Virus record (IMG/VR): IMGVR_UViG_2529293240_000022
Source of the DNA: a virus
Lineage: Duplodnaviria; Heunggongvirae; Uroviricota; Caudoviricetes
DNA length: 43,127 nt
Strand: one strand, 5' to 3'
Below, piece after piece: positions 8,015 through 16,719 of the stretch. The translations under genes were made by a program, and so were the position numbers. The notes under the pieces are model-generated. The model had not been told where the DNA came from, did no database searches, and saw only the letters and a program-made list of their open reading frames with translations. Every line of letters begins with the position of its first letter. The stretch's first letter is position 1.

Positions 8015-8994
8015 GCCGTTACGCCCCCACACCGGAAGTTATGGCTATTGGTCAAATTAATATTTCCGGCAATGTTACACCTGCGACCTGGTGGAAATAT
8101 ATTCGACTACCCAGTGGGCGTCCGGATGCGACGGCTATCGCTCTGCTTTCAGAGATCGTTTACTGGTACCGCCCGACAGAGGTCAGGGATGAGCACACCG
8201 GAGCGTTGCTGGGATATCGCAAGCGTTTTCAGGGCGACAAACTGCAAAGAAGCTACCAGGCGTTTGCTGAGCAGTTTGGTTTCGGGAAAAGGGAAACCGC
8301 AGATGCGCTGAAGCGTCTGCGCGATGCAGGGTTTATTACTCTGGATTTACGCACGGTGGAAATGCTCGATGGGGTGAAATGCAGCAATATTTTGTTTGTC
8401 GGGATCAACCCACAGGCAATTGCGGCCATCACCACACCTTCTTCTGTTTCGCCAGAAAGTAACAGCAATAATGCAATCAGCGATACAGCTATTACGTTAA
8501 AACGGAACACCCCCCGACGTCATAACGGAACAGGGGATACGCCGAATGTTGATACAAATACAGAGATTACTACAGAGATTACAACGGAGACTAAAAACAC
8601 TATTGGCGCATCCGCTGACGCGTCTGCACCAGCGCGTTCTGCCAGACAGGAATATTCACCGGAATTTGAACAGGCCTGGCAGGAATATCCCAAACGTGCT
8701 GGTGGTAATTCAAAATCCGCCGCTTTTAAAGCCTGGAAAGCCCGAATCAGGGAAGGTGTGACACCCGAAACCATGCTCGACGGTGTGAAACGCTATGCCG
8801 CCTGGGTGCGTGTCTCTGGAAATACCGGTACCCAGTTCGTGAAGCAGGCGTCGACGTTCTTTGGTCCGGATCGTCATTTCGAAGAATCCTGGGAAGTTCC
8901 TGCGGTATCTGCAGCCAGACGCGAGGACCCGTACTTCAAAGCCAGTTACGACAACGTGGACTACAGCCAGATCCCGGAAGGATTCAGGGGGTGA
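8011..8994 (+). CDS. Phage replication initiation / replisome-organiser protein with conserved phage C-terminal domain
   Basis: AGGAGG site; N-terminal wHTH-like domain, low-complexity linker (TEITTEITTETK), conserved C-terminal region (EFEQAWQEYPKR...TQFVKQASTFF). Confidence 0.55.
   Translation: MSRYAPTPEVMAIGQINISGNVTPATWWKYIRLPSGRPDATAIALLSEIVYWYRPTEVRDEHTGALLGYRKRFQGDKLQRSYQAFAEQFGFGKRETADALKRLRDAGFITLDLRTVEMLDGVKCSNILFVGINPQAIAAITTPSSVSPESNSNNAISDTAITLKRNTPRRHNGTGDTPNVDTNTEITTEITTETKNTIGASADASAPARSARQEYSPEFEQAWQEYPKRAGGNSKSAAFKAWKARIREGVTPETMLDGVKRYAAWVRVSGNTGTQFVKQASTFFGPDRHFEESWEVPAVSAARREDPYFKASYDNVDYSQIPEGFRG
8561..8596 (+). repeat. Three tandem 12-bp repeats (ACAGAGATTACT / ACAGAGATTACA / ACGGAGACTAAA) in the replication-gene linker; iteron-like, possible origin
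   Basis: read directly from sequence; position analogous to ori-lambda inside gene O. Confidence 0.35.
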
Positions 8995-8996
8995 TC

Positions 8997-9089
8997 ATGA
9001 GTCTGTTAAATGACGTTCAGAAATTCATTGAAGCCCATCCGGGCTGTACTTCCGGAGACATTGCGGATGCTTTTTACGTGGGGGCTTAA
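8997..9089 (+). CDS. Small ORF (30 aa) translationally coupled to neighbours
   Basis: ATG 4 nt after upstream stop; TAATG overlap with downstream methyltransferase; below the ORF-track cutoff. Confidence 0.3.
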   Translation: MSLLNDVQKFIEAHPGCTSGDIADAFYVGA

Positions 9090-9742
9090 TGAGTAATAAA
9101 TATTGCCAGGCGCTGGTAGAACTGCGGAACAAACCAGCCCATGAACTGAAGGAAGTGGGCGATCAGTGGCGCACGCCGGACAACATTTTCTGGGGAATTA
9201 ACACCTTGTTTGGTCCGTTTGTTCTGGATCTGTTCACTGACGGTGATAACGCCAAATGTGCCGCGTATTACACGGCGGAAGACAACGCGCTGGCGCATGA
9301 CTGGTCAGAACGTCTTGCGGAGCTTAAAGGTGCTGCCTTTGGCCATCCCCCGTACAGCCGCGCCAGTCAGCATGAGGGGCAATACATCACCGGCATGCGT
9401 TACATCATGAAGCATGCCAGTGCCATGCGTGATAAAGGCGGGCGCTATGTTTTCCTGATCAAAGCTGCCACCAGCGAAGTGTGGTGGCCGGAAGATGCAG
9501 ATCATATTGCTTTTATTCGCGGGCGTATTGGTTTTGAACTGCCTGCCTGGTTTATCCCGAAAGACGAAAAGCAGGTGCCAACAGGTGCTTTCTTCGCTGG
9601 TGCTATTGCTGTTTTCGACAAGACCTGGAAGGGACCGGCAATCAGCTACATCGGGCGCGATGAACTTGAGGCATGTGGTGAGGCATTTCTGGCGCAGGTT
9701 CGCCAGCAGGCGGAAAAACTGGTCAGGGAGATGGTGGCATGA
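9089..9742 (+). CDS. Phage Dam-family DNA N6-adenine methyltransferase
   Basis: HPPY motif (AFGHPPYS) and phage-Dam-like N-terminal region. Confidence 0.7.
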   Translation: MSNKYCQALVELRNKPAHELKEVGDQWRTPDNIFWGINTLFGPFVLDLFTDGDNAKCAAYYTAEDNALAHDWSERLAELKGAAFGHPPYSRASQHEGQYITGMRYIMKHASAMRDKGGRYVFLIKAATSEVWWPEDADHIAFIRGRIGFELPAWFIPKDEKQVPTGAFFAGAIAVFDKTWKGPAISYIGRDELEACGEAFLAQVRQQAEKLVREMVA

Positions 9743-10128
9743 AGCTAATACTGCCTTTTCCGCCCAGCGTGAACACGTACTGGCGACACCCCAACAAAGG
9801 GGCATTTGCTGGTAAGAGCCTGATAAGCGAGGCGGGGCGAAAATTTCAGAGCGCGGCGTGTGCCGCCATCATTGAGCAGTTACGTCGTCTGCCGAAACCA
9901 ACGTCGGCACCTGCTTCAGTGGAGATCGTGTTGTTTCCTCCGGATAACAGGATCCGCGATCTGGACAACTATAACAAGGCGCTGTTTGACGCCCTGACCC
10001 ACGCGGGTGTGTGGGAAGACGACAGTCAGGTGAAAAGAATGCTGGTGGAGTGGGGACCGGTTATCCCGAAAGGGAAGGTCGAGATCACTATCAGTAAGTA
10101 CGAGAAAACGGCGGGTGCAGCCGCCTGA
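9739..10128 (+). CDS. rusA: RusA-family Holliday-junction resolvase
   Basis: 129-aa translation with RusA-like pattern (LPFPPSVNTYWRH...RDLDNYNKALFDALT); ATGA overlap. Confidence 0.8.
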   Translation: MKLILPFPPSVNTYWRHPNKGAFAGKSLISEAGRKFQSAACAAIIEQLRRLPKPTSAPASVEIVLFPPDNRIRDLDNYNKALFDALTHAGVWEDDSQVKRMLVEWGPVIPKGKVEITISKYEKTAGAAA

Positions 10129-10147
10129 TCAAGAGGAGAAACGAAGT

Positions 10148-10957
10148 ATGAATAATCTGATGGTCATTGATGGTATTGAAGTTCGTCGTGATGTTTATGG
10201 GCGTTACAGCCTGAACGATCTACATCGCGCAGCAGTAGCATCTGGTGCAAATGCCAGAACCAAGGAGCCAGGAAAGTTTCTTTCCAGCCAACAAACTGTT
10301 GAACTTGTTCATGAATTGACCAACACCCAGAATTTGGGTGTTGACCCGGTGAGTGTGATTCATGGGGGAAATGAACGGGGAACTTATGTCTGCAAGGAAC
10401 TGGTGTATGCCTATGCAATGTGGATCAGCCCGTCATTCCATCTGAAGGTGATCCGTACTTTCGACATGGTAACCAGCACACCGGAAAAATTATCCGGACA
10501 GGCTGCTGACAAGATGCAGGCTGGTGTGATTCTGCTGGACTTTATGCGTCGGGAATTAAACCTGTCTAACTCATCTGTGCTTGGTGCCTGTCAGAAACTC
10601 CAGGAGGCTGTTGGCTTACCGAATCTGGCACCACGCTATGCCATTGATGCTCCTGCTGATGCACACGATGGCTCAAGTCGCCCGACACTGTCACTGAGTG
10701 CACTGCTGAAACAGTATGGTATCCGCCTGACGGCTAATCAGGCATATCACCAGATGGTGAAGCTGGGGATCGTCGAGCAGCGCGAACGATACAGCCGTAC
10801 CGCGATTAACAACATCAAAAAATTCTGGTCGCTGACAGCGAAAGGCTGCATGTTCGGCAAGAACATCACCAGTCCCGCAAATCCGCGCGAGACGCAGCCG
10901 CATTTCTTCGAATCCCGATTCCCTGAGCTGTTAAAGCTGCTCGATACCGTTCATTGA
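10148..10957 (+). CDS. KilA-N domain protein (antirepressor-like)
   Basis: N-terminal KilA-N-like region (YSLNDLHRAAVASG...CKELVYAYAMWISPSFHLKVI); start at MNNLMV. Confidence 0.55.
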   Translation: MNNLMVIDGIEVRRDVYGRYSLNDLHRAAVASGANARTKEPGKFLSSQQTVELVHELTNTQNLGVDPVSVIHGGNERGTYVCKELVYAYAMWISPSFHLKVIRTFDMVTSTPEKLSGQAADKMQAGVILLDFMRRELNLSNSSVLGACQKLQEAVGLPNLAPRYAIDAPADAHDGSSRPTLSLSALLKQYGIRLTANQAYHQMVKLGIVEQRERYSRTAINNIKKFWSLTAKGCMFGKNITSPANPRETQPHFFESRFPELLKLLDTVH

Positions 10958-10958
10958 G

Positions 10959-11954
10959 GTGACCGTGAGAGCACTACTGACCCCTGAAATTGCCCCGCGT
11001 ATGGGGATCGTATTGTTCAGGCCAGGTTCAGAGCTGATGCCCCTGTTTATGCAGGGGCGTGTCCTGCTGGAGCCTGAGCCGGAACGTTATTCATCTTTCG
11101 CCAGCGGTGCCGTTCCGGCAGCATCACAACCGCTGGCGGATGATCCTGCCGTTCGGGCCGTGTTCCGCCATGAGGTGGTGATCCGTCGTGCTGGTGGCGT
11201 GGAATGCCTTGAGAGCTGGTTACTTCGTGAAAAGGGCTGTCAGTGGCCTCATTCCGACTGGCACAGCGAGAACATGACCACAATGCGGCACGCGCCAGGC
11301 GCAATCCGTCTGTGCTGGCACTGTGACAATCTTCTCCGTGACCAGTTCACGGAACGGCTGGAAGCAATGGCAACGGATAACTGTGCCCGCTGGGTGTTGT
11401 CTGTTGTGCGCCGTGATCTTGGTTTTGATGACAGTCACGTTGTGACAATGCCGGAACTGTGCTGGTGGCTGATTCGTAATGACCTGGCGGATGCCTTACC
11501 GGAAAGTGCAGCCCGTAAGGCACTGAGATTACCGAAGCCTGTTGTGCCGTCTGTCACCCGGGAAAGTGACCTTGTGCCTTCGGTTCCTGCCACCAGCATC
11601 ATCCAGGATAAGGCGAAAAAGGTGCTGGCGCTGAAAGTGGATCCGGAGTCGCCGGAGTCTTTTATGTTACGCCCAAAACGTCGCCGCTGGGTTAATGAAA
11701 AGTACACGCGCTGGGTTAAGACGCAGCCGTGTGCATGTTGTGGTAAGCCAGCCGACGATCCTCATCACCTGATTGGTCATGGTCAGGGTGGAATGGGTAC
11801 AAAAGCGCATGACCTTTTTGTGTTGCCTTTGTGCAGAAAACACCATGACGAACTGCATGCGGATACCGTGGCATTTGAAGAGAAGTATGGTTCCCAACTG
11901 GAGCTGATATTTCGTTTTATCGATCGCGCGCTGGCGATTGGTGTGCTGTCCTGA
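10959..11954 (+). CDS. DUF968-like phage protein with C-terminal Cys/His cluster (possible HNH-like), GTG start
   Basis: C-terminal CACCGK...HHLIGHGQGG...CRKHHDELH; nin-region position. Confidence 0.45.
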   Translation: MTVRALLTPEIAPRMGIVLFRPGSELMPLFMQGRVLLEPEPERYSSFASGAVPAASQPLADDPAVRAVFRHEVVIRRAGGVECLESWLLREKGCQWPHSDWHSENMTTMRHAPGAIRLCWHCDNLLRDQFTERLEAMATDNCARWVLSVVRRDLGFDDSHVVTMPELCWWLIRNDLADALPESAARKALRLPKPVVPSVTRESDLVPSVPATSIIQDKAKKVLALKVDPESPESFMLRPKRRRWVNEKYTRWVKTQPCACCGKPADDPHHLIGHGQGGMGTKAHDLFVLPLCRKHHDELHADTVAFEEKYGSQLELIFRFIDRALAIGVLS

Positions 11955-11971
11955 TTTTGTGGAGAAAGTTG

Positions 11972-12358
11972 ATGCGTGATATTCAGATGGTTCTTGAACG
12001 CTGGGGGGCATGGGCTGCAAGTGGTAACACCGGGGTGGACTATTCTCCGATCGCTGCCGGATTCAAAGGACTTTTACCATCTGCCACTAAACCACGTCCG
12101 GCCTGCTGCGATGATGACGGACTTATCATTGAAAACTGTCTTGCTCGTCTGAAGCAGAAAAAACCTGAGGAGTATTCGCTTCTCATTGCTCATTATTTGT
12201 TGCGAATATCAAAAAGACAGATAGCCAGGACGAGAAAGAAAAGCGAAAAAGCAATACGAATTGAGATGCAGATAGCCGAAGGGTTTATTGACGGATGTTT
12301 GTCTGTGCTGGGGGTAAGACTGGAGATGGACGACTGGCTGCTAAAAAGTAAAAAATGA
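11972..12358 (+). CDS. Q: Late-gene antiterminator Q (QuuD/phage-21-type)
   Basis: N-terminus MRDIQMVLERWGAWAA resembles DLP12 QuuD from memory; GGAGAAAG site; followed by a tR'-like terminator. Confidence 0.7.
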   Translation: MRDIQMVLERWGAWAASGNTGVDYSPIAAGFKGLLPSATKPRPACCDDDGLIIENCLARLKQKKPEEYSLLIAHYLLRISKRQIARTRKKSEKAIRIEMQIAEGFIDGCLSVLGVRLEMDDWLLKSKK

Positions 12359-12420
12359 TTAGTGCGGTCCGCAAAAAGTATGTCAGTATGTTAAGAGTGG
12401 TTACTTCGCCACACAGCTTA

Positions 12421-12445
12421 AACCCGCCGCGAGCGGGTTTTTTTA
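12421..12445 (+). terminator. tR'-like rho-independent terminator downstream of Q (late promoter pR' expected just upstream, not pinned)
   Basis: stem CCCGC, loop CGCGA, stem GCGGG followed by T7. Confidence 0.7.
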
Positions 12446-12566
12446 TGGCTGAAATCGGTCCAGTACAGTAAACGTGCTGGTGGCGGTGAATACCTGTCTT
12501 TCAGCTTGCTGGCTTTTTCGACAAGAGTTATTGGTGTGTCACGTTAACCGAAAAAGGGAAAAAGAC

Positions 12567-12764
12567 ATGCTGAAACAGCAGGATATGACAGAAACCGCCA
12601 GAGTGGTGTTTAATGAATTAAGCGTCACCGAACCGGCGACAGTCGGGGAGATTGCGCAGAATACTTACCTTTCACGCGAACGCTGCCAGTTAATACTGAC
12701 CCAGCTGGTTATGGCGGGTCTGGCAGACTATCAGTTCGGTTGTTACAGACGCCTTCCGCAGTGA
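12567..12764 (+). CDS. Small winged-helix protein (65 aa), FaeA/PapI-like pattern (uncertain)
   Basis: AGGGA site; motif TVGEIAQNTYLSRERCQLILTQLVMAGL. Confidence 0.45.
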   Translation: MLKQQDMTETARVVFNELSVTEPATVGEIAQNTYLSRERCQLILTQLVMAGLADYQFGCYRRLPQ

Positions 12765-12776
12765 AGGCTTTTTTAT
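12751..12776 (+). terminator. Hairpin plus T-run overlapping the stop of the small wHTH gene
   Basis: stem GCCTTC, loop CGCAGT, stem GAAGGC followed by TTTTTTAT. Confidence 0.45.
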
Positions 12777-12915
12777 TTGTGGTAAATGGGCGGCTGGTGG
12801 GTGTTAGGGGCACCCACCAGCCATCTGCTCATGCGTTGGGGTCACAAGCAAACCTCAGGCCCATCTGCTTTGCGCAAAAGCGGTATGAGCCTATCAGAGA
12901 AGTGCTTATTGATCT

Positions 12916-13965
12916 ATGGCTAATACTGTAAAAATATCCAGTTGTGAGTTAATCAACGCCGACTGCTTGGAATTTATCCGGTCGTTACCCGAAAATTCTG
13001 TTGACCTGATAGTCACGGACCCGCCGTACTTTAAAGTGAAGCCTGAGGGCTGGGATAACCAGTGGAAGGGCGACGATGATTACCTGAAGTGGCTGGACCA
13101 GTGTCTGGCGCAGTTCTGGCGGGTGCTGAAACCTGCCGGAAGTCTTTACCTGTTCTGTGGTCATCGCCTGGCATCTGATATCGAAATCATGATGCGTGAA
13201 CGCTTCAGTGTGCTGAACCATATTATCTGGGCGAAGCCGTCCGGACGCTGGAACGGATGCAACAAGGAAAGCCTGCGGGCGTATTTCCCCGCCACAGAGC
13301 GCATTCTGTTCGCGGAACATTATCAGGGGCCGTATCGTCCGAAAGATGCCGGGTATGAGGCGAAGGGCAGGGCACTGAAACAGCATGTGATGGCCCCGCT
13401 GATTGCTTACTTTCGTGATGCGCGCGCTGCCCTGGGGATAACGGCAAAACAGATTGCAGATGCCACAGGAAAGAAAAACATGGTGCCGCACTGGTTCAGT
13501 GCCAGTCAGTGGCAGCTACCGAACGAAAGCGATTATCTGAAATTACAGTCGCTGTTTGCCCGGGTGGCAGAAGAGAAACATCAGCGCGGGGAACTGGAAA
13601 AGCCACACCACCAGCTGGTCAGCACATACAGTGAGCTGAACCGGCAGTATATGGAACTGCTGAGTGAATATAAAAATTTGCGGCGGTATTTCGGTGTGAC
13701 GGTGCAGGTGCCGTACACCGATGTGTGGACGTATAAACCGGTGCAGTACTATCCAGGGAAACATCCGTGCGAAAAACCGGCAGAAATGCTGCAGCAGATA
13801 ATCAGCGCAAGTAGTCGTCCTGGTGATCTGGTTGCGGATTTTTTCATGGGGTCGGGTTCAACGGTAAAAGCGGCGATGGCACTGGGGCGTCGTGCGATTG
13901 GTGTTGAGCTGGAGACCGGACGTTTTGAGCAGACAGTCAGGGAAGTTCAGGATTTAATCGTTTGA
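12916..13965 (+). CDS. Beta-class DNA amino-methyltransferase (N6-adenine or N4-cytosine), apparently orphan
   Basis: DPPY motif near N-terminus (VTDPPYF) and FxGSG motif near C-terminus (DFFMGSGST); no adjacent endonuclease-sized ORF. Confidence 0.8.
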   Translation: MANTVKISSCELINADCLEFIRSLPENSVDLIVTDPPYFKVKPEGWDNQWKGDDDYLKWLDQCLAQFWRVLKPAGSLYLFCGHRLASDIEIMMRERFSVLNHIIWAKPSGRWNGCNKESLRAYFPATERILFAEHYQGPYRPKDAGYEAKGRALKQHVMAPLIAYFRDARAALGITAKQIADATGKKNMVPHWFSASQWQLPNESDYLKLQSLFARVAEEKHQRGELEKPHHQLVSTYSELNRQYMELLSEYKNLRRYFGVTVQVPYTDVWTYKPVQYYPGKHPCEKPAEMLQQIISASSRPGDLVADFFMGSGSTVKAAMALGRRAIGVELETGRFEQTVREVQDLIV

Positions 13966-14014
13966 AACGGATGAGATTGCAGTATTAATTCCGTAACGTT
14001 ATTATTCTGCGCGC

Positions 14015-14090
14015 GGCCCTTTAGCTCAGTGGTGAGAGCGAGCGACTCATAATCGCCAGGTCGCTGGTTCAAATCCAGCAAGGGCCACCA
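14015..14090 (+). tRNA. ileZ: tRNA with CAU anticodon, tRNA-Ile2 (lysidine)-like, ileZ-like
   Basis: cloverleaf folded by hand: 7-bp acceptor stem GGCCCTT/AAGGGCC, anticodon loop CTCATAA, T-loop TTCAAAT, 3' CCA; closely resembles E. coli ileX. Confidence 0.8.
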
Positions 14091-14099
14091 TATCACATA

Positions 14100-14176
14100 C
14101 CGCCATTAGCTCATCGGGATAGAGCGCCAGCCTTCGAAGCTGGTTGCGCGGGGTTCGAGTCCTCGATGGCGGTCCA
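14100..14176 (+). tRNA. tRNA-Arg (anticodon UCG), argN-like
   Basis: cloverleaf folded by hand: acceptor CCGCCAT/ATGGCGG, anticodon loop CTTCGAA, T-loop TTCGAGT, 3' CCA. Confidence 0.7.
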
Positions 14177-14189
14177 TTATCTGTACCCT

Positions 14190-14266
14190 GCGTTGTTAGC
14201 TCAGCCGGACAGAGCAATTGCCTTCTAAGCAATCGGTCACTGGTTCGAATCCAGTACAACGCGCCA
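14190..14266 (+). tRNA. tRNA-Arg (anticodon UCU), argO-like
   Basis: cloverleaf folded by hand: acceptor GCGTTGT/ACAACGC, anticodon loop CTTCTAA, T-loop TTCGAAT, 3' CCA. Confidence 0.75.
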
Positions 14267-14280
14267 GACTTATTTTTCCC

Positions 14281-14305
14281 GGCTCGCTTTTGCGGGCCTT
14301 TTTTT
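14281..14305 (+). terminator. Rho-independent terminator after the tRNA cluster
   Basis: stem GGCTCGC / GCGGGCC (one G-U pair), loop TTTT, then T7. Confidence 0.5.
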
Positions 14306-14501
14306 AAATGTCTCACAATTCAGACGGTTGACAGTTGTCTGTTTTGCGGGGAGTTTGTTAAAAGAAACTGGCATGGTGAATCCCCCTGTGCGGAGGGGCA
14401 ATCAGCGAGTAGGTATATGGGATAATCGCGGATTCAGGTGCTGGTACTGAATTCACCGGGAGGCACCCGGCACCATGCAATGGCACATAGCGCCACTCTC
14501 C

Positions 14502-14561
14502 AGCCCCTCTCCGGAGGGGCTTTCTTATGGACAAAAAAAGCCCGCGCTGGGAGACGCGGGC
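14502..14561. terminator. Back-to-back hairpins in the tRNA to nanS-p spacer
   Basis: plus-strand AGCCCCTC-TCCG-GAGGGGCT (14502-14521) then TTCTT; minus-strand terminator GCCCGCG...CGCGGGC (14540-14561) preceded by A7. Confidence 0.4.
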
Positions 14562-14754
14562 GGCAAGGAATAAACAACAAAACGTGAAGTAATATTTCAG
14601 CTGGCGAATAATATCCGACAGTAATCACTCTGCGCAATAGCGCGGCCTTTTTCGTATTGCGGGCTGTTGTCTCTCTTCTGCCATTGTCCTGTAACTTCCG
14701 GACTTCAGCCCGCTCCTCATTTTACTCACAATATTATCCCGGCCGGGAGGATTC

Positions 14755-16608
14755 ATGGCATTTAAACACTATGATGTTGTCAGGGCGGCGTCGCCGTCAG
14801 ACCTTGCGGAAAAGCTGACACACAAACTGAAAGAGGGCTGGCAGCCATATGGCGGACCGGTTGCCATTACGCCGTACACACTGATGCAGGCGGTGGCTAT
14901 TGAAGGAGATCCACAGGTCGGCCCTTCATCTGAGCCGGACTGGTTCTACGTGGTTGTGCTTGCCGGACAGTCCAACGGCATGGCCTACGGTGAAGGGCTT
15001 CCGTTACCGGATTCTTACGATGCTCCGGATCCGCGCATTAAACAGCTGGCGCGCCGCAGCACGGTAACTCCGGGTGGAGAGAGTTGTACGTATAACGACA
15101 TCATCCCGGCTGACCACTGTCTGCATGATGTGCAGGATATGAGTACGCTGAATCATCCGAAGGCAGACCTGAGCAAAGGGCAGTACGGCTGTGTCGGCCA
15201 GGGCTTACATATTGCCAAAAAACTGCTCCCGTATATCCCGAATAACGCGGGGATCCTGCTGGTACCATGCTGTCGTGGTGGTTCGGCATTCACCCAGGGC
15301 GCGGAGGGGACATTCAGTGCGGACGCGGGGGCCAGCCAGGATTCGGCGCGCTGGGGTGTGGGTAAACCGTTATATCAGGACCTGATTGCGCGCACTAAAG
15401 CTGCATTACAGAAGAACCCGAAAAATGTGTTGCTGGCGGTGTGCTGGATGCAGGGAGAGTTTGACATGAGCGCCGCCACCTACGCACAGCAACCTGCGCT
15501 GTTTACAGCCATGCTGAAGCAGTTTCGTGCTGACCTCACTGTGTTTAACGCGCAGTGTCATGGTGGCAGTGCTGTAAATGTGCCGTGGATTTGTGGTGAC
15601 ACGACGTATTACTGGAAAAACACCTACGGCACGCAGTACAACACCATTTACGGGGCGTACAAAAACAGGGAGAGTGAGGGCGTTTATTTTGTGCCCTTCA
15701 TGACAGACGGTAACGGCGTCAATACCGCCACTAACGCGCCGGCAGAAGATCCGGATATTCCGGCATCAGGATATTACGGTGCGGCATCGAGAACGAATGG
15801 AAACCAGGTATCATCAAACCGCCCGACACATTTCAGTTCATGGGCGCGCAGGAGCATTATTCCGGATCGTATGGCAACCGCTATTCTGAACGCAGCCGGG
15901 CGCACCTCAGCCTTCATCAGTGGTAAGGCACCGGAAATCAAACCCTCGCCCGGCGGCGACACGCCATCGGGGCCGCCTGAAGATGCATCCGTACGCACAA
16001 TCTCCCTGCTGCCGACAGCCGGAGAGGCTGCTGCGCAGGGCTGGACCATTAAGGACGGCGGAATTCAGTTGTCGGGTGGTGTATTTAAGATCGCCAAGCA
16101 GAGCAATAAAACCTGGTCCCTGATGCATCCGGTGGATGACGCAGTCTCCCTGCTGACACGGGGTGGCAGACTGAGCTGTAAGTTTCGACTGTCAGGCGCA
16201 CTGACCAACAACCAGTTCGGTCTGGGAATTTATCTGTATACCGATGTAGCGTTACCTGACGTCGTGGCGATGACCGGGACTGGTAACCCGTTCCTGATGT
16301 CGTTCTTCACCCAGACCACAGACGGCAAACTGAATCTGATGCATCACAAGAAAGCCGGAAACACAAAGTTGGGCGAGTTCGGGAATTACAGTAACGACTG
16401 GCAGACGCTGGAGCTGGTGTTCACCGCCGGCAGTGCCACGGTTACTCCGAAACTGAATGGAGTGGCTGGCCCGGCATTCCAGGTCATAAAAGACAGTCTG
16501 ACACTGGGACTGAATGCGTTGACGCTGACGGATGTTACAAAAAATGCAGCGTATGGCGTTGAGATAGAAAGTCTGGTGCTGGAGATAAATGCACCGGCAT
16601 CATCATAA
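14755..16608 (+). CDS. NanS-p-like prophage sialate O-acetylesterase (N-terminal DUF1737-like region plus SGNH hydrolase)
   Basis: 617-aa translation with GQSN motif (VVLAGQSNGMAYGEG); position between tRNAs and lysis genes as in Stx phages; GGGAGG site. Confidence 0.65.
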   Translation: MAFKHYDVVRAASPSDLAEKLTHKLKEGWQPYGGPVAITPYTLMQAVAIEGDPQVGPSSEPDWFYVVVLAGQSNGMAYGEGLPLPDSYDAPDPRIKQLARRSTVTPGGESCTYNDIIPADHCLHDVQDMSTLNHPKADLSKGQYGCVGQGLHIAKKLLPYIPNNAGILLVPCCRGGSAFTQGAEGTFSADAGASQDSARWGVGKPLYQDLIARTKAALQKNPKNVLLAVCWMQGEFDMSAATYAQQPALFTAMLKQFRADLTVFNAQCHGGSAVNVPWICGDTTYYWKNTYGTQYNTIYGAYKNRESEGVYFVPFMTDGNGVNTATNAPAEDPDIPASGYYGAASRTNGNQVSSNRPTHFSSWARRSIIPDRMATAILNAAGRTSAFISGKAPEIKPSPGGDTPSGPPEDASVRTISLLPTAGEAAAQGWTIKDGGIQLSGGVFKIAKQSNKTWSLMHPVDDAVSLLTRGGRLSCKFRLSGALTNNQFGLGIYLYTDVALPDVVAMTGTGNPFLMSFFTQTTDGKLNLMHHKKAGNTKLGEFGNYSNDWQTLELVFTAGSATVTPKLNGVAGPAFQVIKDSLTLGLNALTLTDVTKNAAYGVEIESLVLEINAPASS

Positions 16609-16719
16609 AAAGTGAGCCAGTCAAATGGAAGGTATCGTTAAACTCACCGGTAGTGTCAGTGGGTCGTCTGAGACGCCTGCATGAGTTATCAGAGCCATCA
16701 GTACTTAATGGATTTGCCC

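Noticed and set aside
14434-14637. 67-aa minus-strand ORF
   Set aside because: Overlaps two terminator-like hairpins and has no start context.
14267-14754. Search for stxA/stxB-like ORFs between the tRNAs and nanS-p
   Set aside because: No ORF of suitable size or orientation; only a 67-aa minus-strand frame spanning terminator hairpins. Toxin genes appear absent.
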